DNA from: Azolla caroliniana
Lineage: Eukaryota; Plantae; Polypodiophyta
Reading direction: 5' to 3'
Assembly: GCA_043228905.1 (NCBI GenBank)
Contig: JBHGNT010001278.1
Location: forward strand, 1-10,387
Length of the DNA stretch: 10,387 nt
Made by a program: the position numbers and the translations under genes
The notes under the pieces: generated by a model
Told to the model about the DNA's origin: nothing
The model's database searches: none
Seen by the model: the letters and a program-made list of their open reading frames with translations, nothing else
Part shown: positions 1 to 6,719 of the stretch, piece after piece
How positions within the stretch are numbered: the stretch's first letter is position 1
Layout of the letters: the number at the start of each line of letters is the position of its first letter

Positions 1-516
1 AACCATTTTTCCTTCCGGCCTGGCGTTGCCCAAAGTGACAACCAACGTCTCCCAGCTATCCGGGAGGGAACCGAGCAGGAGTAGAGCTAGTACCTCATCG
101 GCGAGAGGTACTTCCAATGATGTTGCCTGGTGGATCAACCCCTGGAAGGCATTCATGTGCTCCGCCATGCTGGATCCATCTTGGTACCGGAGTCTTACTA
201 GCTTCCGGAAAACCGAAACCTGATTAACAACATTTTTGTTCTGAAACATAATGTCGATCTTCTCCCAGAGCTCATGAGCCTTGCTCTCTTCATTGAAGTT
301 GTTGTATAGGCTCATGTCGACGAAGCACCGTATGTAAGCCGTTGTCTTCATGTGCATCACCTCCCATATCGTGGCGTCGATTTTGTCCAGTCTCTTGTCC
401 CCAAACTGAACTGGTAACCAAAGATCTTTAACCACGAGCATGTCCCTCATCTTCGACTTCCATACTGAATAGTTGGAGCCGGTGAGCTTGAACATGCCTC
501 CCAACGAATTGTCCAT
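1..516 (-). CDS. gag: Copia Gag(-Pol) N-terminus, Tnt1/Tto1 (Tork)-like, running off the window edge
   Basis: Manual translation from ATG at 516 gives 172 codons with no stop: MDNSLGGMFKLTGSNYSVWKSKMRDMLVVKDLW...AHELWEKID...SMAEHMNAFQGLI...DEVLALLLLGSLPDSWETLVVTL. These are typical copia gag motifs (NY..W..M, LL.SLP.SW). It is absent from the ORF track because it has no stop in the window. Confidence 0.92.
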   Translation of the reverse strand, partial: MDNSLGGMFKLTGSNYSVWKSKMRDMLVVKDLWLPVQFGDKRLDKIDATIWEVMHMKTTAYIRCFVDMSLYNNFNEESKAHELWEKIDIMFQNKNVVNQVSVFRKLVRLRYQDGSSMAEHMNAFQGLIHQATSLEVPLADEVLALLLLGSLPDSWETLVVTLGNARPEGKMV

Positions 517-531
517 TTTATGTGTCGTTTT

Positions 532-543
532 GCTCTGATACCA
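532..543 (-). promoter_or_regulatory. Primer binding site complementary to tRNA-iMet
   Basis: Plus-strand gctctgatacca is TGGTATCAGAGC on the minus strand, 2 nt from the LTR end and 15 nt before the gag ATG. Confidence 0.95.
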
Positions 544-821
544 CTTGACGAGAACTACACGTCCCGTATGCGTAACGCTCGGCCACAACCGAGCTTAGAA
601 TCATACACAAAAACAGGAAAAAATAAGACACACGACACAAAGGAGAGAAGAGTACACAAGATGTTTAACGTGGAAAACCATGAGAGGGAAAAACCACGGG
701 AGTCCACAGACTCCAAACTATCACTATGTTACAGTGTACAACAGTAAAGCACCGAGGCAACGACCTCGAGCTTTCTATCTCCGCCACAAGCGGCGGTTAC
801 AACAGAGGCAACGAACTCTTC

Positions 822-841
822 CTCTCTCTCTCTCTCTCTCT
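822..841. repeat. (CT)10 microsatellite within LTR A
   Basis: Direct read: ctctctctctctctctctct. Confidence 0.9.
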
Positions 842-916
842 ATACACAGTTACGCGCTCTGATCTCGCGCAAACAAGAATGACAACACACTCTAAACAAA
901 AGTTTGCCCTAAGTCA

Positions 917-924
917 TATTTATA
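917..924 (-). promoter_or_regulatory. Putative TATA box of LTR A
   Basis: TATAAATA on the minus strand, downstream of the U3 tandem repeats and oriented toward the PBS and gag. Confidence 0.6.
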
Positions 925-1015
925 CTAATATGACTTTTCGGCTATTTACAAATATAGCCACGATGGACTCTTAAAAACATATTTACGAATATGTCTCTTC
1001 ATCCGGTGAGCACTC

Positions 1016-1176
1016 CTCACCGGGTCTGCACCATCTGGCTCTCTGTAGCCGGGTACTCCTCATCCGGTTCTCACCGGGTTTGCACCATCCGGCTCTCCGT
1101 AGCCGGGTACTCCTCATCCGGTTCTCACCGGTCTGCACCATCTGGCTCTCCGTAGCTGGGTACTCCTCATCCGGTT
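1016..1176. repeat. Three tandem copies of a 54-bp unit in U3 of LTR A
   Basis: The unit ctcaccgggtctgcaccatctggctctcygtagccgggtactcctcatccggtt occurs at 1016-1069, 1070-1123 and 1124-1176 (53 bp). Confidence 0.93.
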
Positions 1177-1224
1177 TCGGCCGAGGCCAATACCTCCCCA
1201 TCCGGAGGGACCTGTCTCCCAACA

Positions 1225-1687
1225 CTTGTCCGACCCGAGCGGCTTGGTGAAGATGTCGGAAACCTGCCGATCCGTGTGAACATACCGAAGTTCAACTTCA
1301 CCGCTCAGGACCCGCTCACGAACAAAGTGATAATGCACTTCTATGTGCTTTGTCCGATCATGGAACACTGGGTTCTTGGCGAGTTGTATCTTGCTCATGT
1401 TGTCACAGTGGATCGGGATCGGGGTTGGCACCTCGATCCGAAGGTCACGCAACAGTCGCCGAAGCCAAATGGCTTCCTAGGTGGCAATGGTAGCACCCTG
1501 GTATTCGGCCTTAGTGCTCGACAGAGCCACTTTTGGCTGCGTTTTGTTGCTCCATGCAACAACCGCGCTACCAAGAGAAAACATGTAACCGGAGGTGGAT
1601 CGGCGATCTGATGCATCACCAACCCAATCGGCATCTGTGTATCTGACTGGCTCTTCAGTTATACCATTCCGGTATAACTGTCCCCGG
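1225..1687 (-). pseudogene. pol: Copia B RNase H
   Basis: YTDADWVGDASDRRSTSGYMF..VAWSNKTQPKVALSSTKAEY, an internal TAG near 1477, then HCDN..AKNPVFHDRTKHIEVHYHFVRE..QVSDIFTKPL. Confidence 0.93.
1684..1687. repeat. Left copy of the 4-bp target site duplication CCGG of element C (right copy 5209-5212)
   Basis: ccgg|TGTCG...GCGACA|ccgg. Removing C plus one CCGG restores the host frame RYVSVTKD-R-GQLYRNG. Confidence 0.9.
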
Positions 1688-1813
1688 TGTCGTGACGATT
1701 TTCGGCTACGGTGTGAAACCGAGTGAGACGAATAAACCAAGGATGTGCAACATTGCACATACACTTAGCAAATAAGCCTCTTAAGGCCTAGTGGCACTTG
1801 AGTTCATACAGAG

Positions 1814-1885
1814 GGGTGCAAGCAAGGTTTGAACCTTGCACCTCTAAGATACAAGATAATTGCCTTACCACTAGGACAACTATCA
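1814..1885 (-). other. tRNA-like sequence (degenerate, Pol III A and B boxes) inside the 5' LTR of C
   Basis: Minus strand: TGATAGT TG TCCT AGTGGTA AGGC A ATTAT CTTGTAT CTTAG AGGTG CAAGG TTCAAAC CTTGC... The A box TGTCCTAGTGG and B box GGTTCAAACC are at canonical tRNA spacing. The acceptor and anticodon stems do not pair. Confidence 0.6.
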
Positions 1886-1945
1886 TATAGTGTAGATGTT
1901 ATGTATTTCCTTTTCATATACAAATTATAGACGAAACAACCATAG

Positions 1946-2057
1946 AAAACCATGTGCACAAAACCATGGTTTTAAACCCATGGTTTGTGCATGACATAAG
2001 CAAAACCGTGTGCACAAAACCATGGTTTTAGCCCATGGTTTTGTGCATGTCACGAGC
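1946..2057. repeat. Two tandem 56-bp palindromic units in U3 of LTR C (also 4818-4929)
   Basis: aaaaccRtgtgcacaaaaccatggtttta..ccatggttt(t)gtgcatg occurs at 1946 and 2002. Unit 2 has a perfect 15-bp stem (2011-2025 with 2033-2047). Confidence 0.9.
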
Positions 2058-2068
2058 ATGGAAAGACC

Positions 2069-2075
2069 TATAAAA
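2069..2075 (+). promoter_or_regulatory. Putative TATA box of LTR C (also 4941-4947)
   Basis: cTATAAAAg immediately after the U3 palindromic repeats and oriented toward the PBS and ORF. Confidence 0.65.
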
Positions 2076-2341
2076 GCCTCTAGTTGGGCTTGTGTAAGGG
2101 GGGCTCAATATGTGATATCACCAACACCATTATCATCAATATAATTATATTTGTCTTTATCTTCTCCATATTTTTCTACTTCTCAAGTGTACAATCTTTC
2201 TTCTTCTCGAGTAAACCAATTTCATCTAATCTTACATTGATCGTCATCTAGCTTCGATAATTCCGCGAACGTCCTCCCCAGTCCAAGACCCCGGTGGTCG
2301 CTCGAGTAGCACACGCACGCGCGAATCTTCGCGACATCATT

Positions 2342-2359
2342 TGGTGAACCCGACGTGAA
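2342..2359 (+). promoter_or_regulatory. Primer binding site complementary to tRNA-Trp
   Basis: TGGTGAACCCGACGTGAA lies 5 nt after the LTR. It is the reverse complement of the plant cytosolic tRNA-Trp 3' end (..TTCACGTCGGGTTCACCA, as recalled). Confidence 0.88.
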
Positions 2360-2380
2360 GAGCAGCAGGGGAGGACGAAG

Positions 2381-4483
2381 ATGGATGGCGAATATCTCAT
2401 GGAGGCAATGTCAAGAAGGATGATGGAGTTTCTTAGAGAAGGGAAAAGAAGAAATGAAGCCCAACAAGCCGTCGACAAGGTAGTCGAACGAATGAGCTAT
2501 TTCAACGGTGCCGAAGTCCAAAGTTTCCTAAAAGTCTACAATGCGGAGATGGATTCAAGAGGTGTGGACAAAGCTATGAGGCTAGAGTACTTTTGTCGGG
2601 TGGTGTCTCAACCGATCTTCAAAGATGTAACAGAGCTTCTAGAAGCTCATGATTCGTGGGCGACTTTCGAGAAGGCTCTATTGGAGGAATATGACTATGA
2701 GAGACTAAAGGGACAAGATCGACGCAACTTCGACCAATGGGTGACATCAGCGAAGACCCACCAAGGTGCGACACAAGCATTCGTAGACTTCGAGCATCAT
2801 TTTTCTCAATTGTCGGAGCGGGAACAAAGATTGGTGGGGGTCGATAAGGTCCTTATGTTCGTGAAGTCAATCGATCGAATGGAAAGGATGGCGATCGGCC
2901 TCAAACTCGAAGAAGATGATGGTGCAAATGGCCTCATCGAGGATTGGAGCAAAGTGGTAAGTGTATGCCGACTACACGATAAGGGGCAAGCGAGAATATC
3001 GATGACAACAAGACGGCCCATGAGGGACGATCGAAGAGGGACGAGATGCAACAATGCACCACCAACAAAAGAAATGAAGCTTAGAAGGGAGACAAAACCG
3101 AGGCGAATGGTGATCGAGGAAGAAGAGACCTCCCAACAAATGCGGGTTAATGAAGTGGCCGATACAAAGGCTCTAGTTCGGTATGACAGTACCGAGAGAG
3201 AAGGTGTGAAACAAGTCACCTTCTTGTCTTACAAAGAAACGACGGCGAAGGAGGAGGCCGATGACTCGAGGACGGCGAACGCCACTTCGAGGGAGGATAA
3301 ATGTTTCGGAACACGCATTGTGTACGAAACATCGGGTGATGACGGCGCAAGCATGAGAAAAGCTTGCATGATCGAGGGAGAAAAAGTGTTTGAGTCTGAA
3401 GAGATTGAGGAGGTAGCCATGACAAACGACATCGAGTCGGAGGTGGCTATGGATGAGTCGACGACGGATAGCCATGTCGACACTTTCTTCACGCTTGTTC
3501 CAGAGACTTCGGCGGTTGCGCCCATGTGCCAACGTGAGACCGGAGAGACGGAAGGTGGTGACGGGAAGACGAAGGCCCAACACAAGGAGGAAGAAGATCG
3601 AGGAAGAAAGGATATCCCCACACCTATTCTAGAGACTTCGGCGGTTGTGCACGTGCACCAACGTGAGACCGGAGAGACAGAATGTGTGGACAAAAAAGAG
3701 GACGACCGGAAGGGCGATGAAGAAGACAAGGTAAATGTAAATGAACGAAGGGATTCCTTCACACTGGTTCCGGAGACTTCGGCAGTCGAGACCGTGTGTC
3801 GACATAAGACCGAAGATAAAGGAGGTGGCGAAGAGGAGACAATATGGCTCGAGGCGAGCATACACGGAGGGAAGGATATGGCCGACGTGGAGGCCAAGGA
3901 TGAAGCTGCTGTTGAGTTCGATGGAGAGGTTGCATGCGGGAAGGAAGGAAGAGTCGAGAACCGGTTGAACCGGAAGACGATCCGGCCGGGATTCCGACCC
4001 GAACGAAGGAAGATCCACATGGGAGCCGATCGACCGGGGCCGACCCGGCCGAAACCTGATTCGGCGAAAATCGATCGAACGATTCCGATCCAAAAGGGGG
4101 CTGACCCAGCCAGAATCAATCGGTCGAGCCCGGCCCGGGGAAATGTGAATGCAGACGAAGGCCAACCAAGCCAAGAAGCGATCGGTGGAGACCGATCCGG
4201 ACAAGGGCAAACCCGGCCTAATCGGAGATCGACACGAACGATCTACAATACCCAGTTGAAGACGGTGAGAGTGAGGAGTGACCAGGAGTCCAATCGAAGG
4301 ACACGCGCGGTGGACGAACGAAGAGCGGTCGTATCGACGACATCGTTCGGTAGATCTACTACAACCGATCGGGGAAGAAGGTGTGAGCGCCGGATATGGT
4401 GGATCAGGTGGCTACGGTGGTTCGGTTGGAAAGATTGCGCATACTCGAAGTGGAAGACGAAGTCAGACGAGGAACTCGGTTGA
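2381..4483 (+). CDS. 700-aa Gag-like protein: N-terminal capsid-like helical region, then acidic repeats and an Arg/Pro-rich, Trp-rich tail
   Basis: Uninterrupted ORF starting 21 nt after the PBS and ending shortly before the PPT. The N-terminus (FNGAEVQSFLKVYN..RLEYF..SWATFEKALLEEY) resembles gypsy Gag. No CCHC knuckle is present. Confidence 0.82.
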   Translation: MDGEYLMEAMSRRMMEFLREGKRRNEAQQAVDKVVERMSYFNGAEVQSFLKVYNAEMDSRGVDKAMRLEYFCRVVSQPIFKDVTELLEAHDSWATFEKALLEEYDYERLKGQDRRNFDQWVTSAKTHQGATQAFVDFEHHFSQLSEREQRLVGVDKVLMFVKSIDRMERMAIGLKLEEDDGANGLIEDWSKVVSVCRLHDKGQARISMTTRRPMRDDRRGTRCNNAPPTKEMKLRRETKPRRMVIEEEETSQQMRVNEVADTKALVRYDSTEREGVKQVTFLSYKETTAKEEADDSRTANATSREDKCFGTRIVYETSGDDGASMRKACMIEGEKVFESEEIEEVAMTNDIESEVAMDESTTDSHVDTFFTLVPETSAVAPMCQRETGETEGGDGKTKAQHKEEEDRGRKDIPTPILETSAVVHVHQRETGETECVDKKEDDRKGDEEDKVNVNERRDSFTLVPETSAVETVCRHKTEDKGGGEEETIWLEASIHGGKDMADVEAKDEAAVEFDGEVACGKEGRVENRLNRKTIRPGFRPERRKIHMGADRPGPTRPKPDSAKIDRTIPIQKGADPARINRSSPARGNVNADEGQPSQEAIGGDRSGQGQTRPNRRSTRTIYNTQLKTVRVRSDQESNRRTRAVDERRAVVSTTSFGRSTTTDRGRRCERRIWWIRWLRWFGWKDCAYSKWKTKSDEELG
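3485..3830 (+). repeat. Three diverged in-frame repeats within the ORF of C
   Basis: gagacttcggc anchors at 3503, 3632 and 3773 (spacing 129 and 141 bp). Peptides: FTLVPETSAVAPMCQRETGETE, TPILETSAVVHVHQRETGETE, FTLVPETSAVETVCRHKTED. Confidence 0.85.
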
Positions 4484-4547
4484 TCACCGTTGCCAAAGAT
4501 CTCACCTCTTCACCTTTTTCGGCACATACCGGAGGATGTGCGGGTTT

Positions 4548-4559
4548 GGTGGGGGTGGA
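4548..4559 (+). promoter_or_regulatory. Polypurine tract of element C
   Basis: GGTGGGGGTGGA directly before the TG of the 3' LTR. Confidence 0.85.
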
Positions 4560-5208
4560 TGTCGTGACGATTTTCGGCTACGGTGTGAAACCGAGTGAGA
4601 CGAATAAACCAAGGATGTGCAACATTGCACATACACTTAGCAAATAAGCCTCTTAAGGCCTAGTGGCACTTGAGTTCATACAGAGGGGTGCAAGCAAGGT
4701 TTGAACCTTGCACCTCTAAGATACAAGATAATTGCCTTACCACTAGGACAACTATCATATAGTGTAGATGTTATGTATTTCCTTTTCATATACAAATTAT
4801 AGACGAAACAACCATAGAAAACCATGTGCACAAAACCATGGTTTTAAACCCATGGTTTGTGCATGACATAAGCAAAACCGTGTGCACAAAACCATGGTTT
4901 TAGCCCATGGTTTTGTGCATGTCACGAGCATGGAAAGACCTATAAAAGCCTCTAGTTGGGCTTGTGTAAGGGGGGCTCAATATGTGATATCACCAACACC
5001 ATTATCATCAATATAATTATATTTGTCTTTATCTTCTCCATATTTTTCTACTTCTCAAGTGTACAATCTTTCTTCTTCTCGAGTAAACCAATTTCATCTA
5101 ATCTTACATTGATCGTCATCTAGCTTCGATAATTCCGCGAACGTCCTCCCCAGTCCAAGACCCCGGTGGTCGCTCGAGTAGCACACGCACGCGCGAATCT
5201 TCGCGACA
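4560..5208 (+). repeat. 3' LTR of element C (649 bp)
   Basis: No differences from 1688-2336 were found by eye. Confidence 0.97.
4686..4757 (-). other. tRNA-like sequence, second copy, in the 3' LTR of C
   Basis: Same sequence as 1814-1885, offset by 2872 bp. Confidence 0.6.
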
Positions 5209-6230
5209 CCGGTCCTTCGTGACGCTCACATACCGCAATATTCGATGAGCGCATTGAAGGTGCTCCACGGTTGGCTTCTACATGACCTGGCCGATCACTC
5301 CAACTGGATAACTGATGTCGGGTCTGGTGATTGTCAAGTAGATAAGGCTTCTGACAATTGCCGGAACCGTTTCTCATCGCAGGCCAATCCGGAGTTGGGA
5401 CATAGCTTCAGGTTCCGGTCCAGGGGTGTGGAGATTGGTCGGCATTCAGTCATGCCGAACTTGTACAACTTATTCAGCACATAGTGTCTTTGTGAGAGCA
5501 ATAGGCCATCGGGGGTCCGGATCACTTGATCCCAAGAAAATAATGAAGGTCCCCCAGGTCCTTCATTTCAAATGCATCTGACATCTCGGACTTCACTTGG
5601 CCGATTTCAACGAGCTTGGGTCCAGTGATGACTAAATCATCTACATAAAGCAAAATGCAAATCGAATTGTTCCAGATGAACAATGAAGAGTCAGACTTTG
5701 AGGCCGCAAACCCTATCTTACGCAGCCGGTGGGTGATCTTCGCATTCCAAGCTCGAGGGGCTTGCTTCAGACTGTAAAGTGACTTTTTGAGTCGGCACAC
5801 TGCCGACTTGTTCATCTCCGATTGGAAACCCAGGGGTTGGATCATATAGACCCGTTCGTCAAGGTCACCTTGAAGAAACACATTCTTCACGTCCATTTGG
5901 TGAAGATGCCATCCCCTTTGCGTAGCAACCGCCAGTACCACATGAACTGTCGTCATCTTCGTTACCGGAGCGAAGGTCTCGTCGTAGTTGATTCCGTGGG
6001 TGGTCTGTGGGTATCCCTTCGCCACTAACCGGGCCTTGTACTGGTTGATCGAACCATCGACGTTTAACTTTACTTTGTACACCCATTTGCAACTGATCGG
6101 TTTGCACTGTTGGGGAGGGTAAACCAGGTTCCATGTATCGTTGGCATCTAGTGCTCGCATTTCTTCCTCCATAGCAACACGCCAATTTGCGTCCTCTACT
6201 GCTTCTGCGTAGCTCTCCGGCTCACGCACT
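5209..6230 (-). pseudogene. pol: Copia B reverse transcriptase (frameshifted)
   Basis: EPESYAEA..W..AMEEEM, CKWVYKVK, YKARLVAKGY, HQMDVKNVFLQGDL, LKKSLYSLKQAPRAW, LLYVDDL (YVDD at 5636-5647), DLGDLHYFLGI. Frameshifts near 5525 and 5360. Confidence 0.95.
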
Positions 6231-6719
6231 TCCGCCACCTTAGTCATGTATGCATAGTGATGCGCCATGTACTCATTGTATCCGTACCTCTGAACGGGGT
6301 TCTTCTGGCGGATTGAGCGGCGTAACTTTCGGTTAGCCGGTTTGAGGCCCTTCTTGGCCGGTTCAGACTTCCTTTCTAAAGATCCGCCTTCTTCCTTTCT
6401 GGGGTCAGATCCGCTTCGATCCGACCCTTCACTGCTAGTATCGTATTCCGACATCTTCTTCTTCCCTTTCTCTTTGCGCATGAACCGTCTCCGCAGTTCC
6501 TTGCGCGGGGAGAGCACGACAGAGTCTTCACTACTCGTCGGTTCTTCATCCGACTGGTCATCCTGACTCAGCCGCTCATTCGATCCACTTAGCCAGAATG
6601 AGATCGGGCTCTCTTCTAGATTGCCAAAGTCTTCATCTTCTTCCTGAACCCCCTCGGGCTCACTAGCCTCATCTTCTGGAATCGGGTGTTCGTCGGGAGT
6701 TGGAGTCGGTAGGGTGTAC

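Larger units (their letters stand above)
1..1224 (-). mobile_element. Ty1/copia LTR retrotransposon A, 5' end only (LTR, PBS, gag start), inserted into the RNase H region of copia B
   Basis: The minus strand reads TG..CA LTR, then TGGTATCAGAGC PBS, then a gag ATG. The RNase H reading of B (..SDIFTKPLGSDK) stops abruptly at the LTR's TGTTGG. Confidence 0.93.
546..1224 (-). repeat. 5' LTR of copia A (about 679 bp)
   Basis: On the minus strand it starts TGTTGGGAG (1224) and ends CTCGTCA (546) next to the PBS. It is non-coding and contains a TATA box. The partner LTR is outside the window. Confidence 0.85.
1688..2336 (+). repeat. 5' LTR of element C (649 bp)
   Basis: TGTCGTGA...TCGCGACA (7/8 terminal inverted repeat); direct repeat of 4560-5208. 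Confidence 0.97.
1688..5208 (+). mobile_element. Complete non-autonomous Gag-only LTR retroelement C (TR-GAG-like, gypsy-type cis signals), 3521 bp
   Basis: Two 649-bp TG..CA direct repeats, PBS, PPT, TSD and a single 700-aa ORF. No PR, RT, RH or IN motifs were found. Confidence 0.95.

Noticed and set aside
520-974. Short plus-strand ORFs in LTR A, and similar ORFs at 8505-9147, 2248-2478 and 5120-5377
   Set aside because: They lie in LTRs or cross LTR junctions, have low complexity and show no protein motifs.
1016-1176. Possible CRISPR-like array
   Set aside because: The units are head-to-tail with no unique spacers, there are no cas genes, and the context is a eukaryotic LTR.
1114-1452. 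112-aa ORF as a novel RNase H fusion protein
   Set aside because: It is read-through from the B RNase H remnant into the LTR of A across the insertion junction.
1683-1687. 5-bp TSD for element C
   Set aside because: CCCGG and CCGGT do not match, and only the 4-bp CCGG restores the host frame.
1814-1885. Functional tRNA-Thr(UGU) gene
   Set aside because: The acceptor and anticodon stems cannot pair, so it is reported only as tRNA-like.
3229-4119. 296-aa antisense ORF (and overlapping 193-, 137- and 136-aa ORFs) opposite the ORF of C
   Set aside because: These are Ser/Phe-rich shadows of a purine-rich coding strand, with no recognisable domain or promoter.
3960-4230. CCGG/CCGAT-rich stretch with roughly 5-nt periodicity in the ORF of C
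   Set aside because: It is too degenerate to define a repeat unit by eye and is treated as low-complexity coding sequence.
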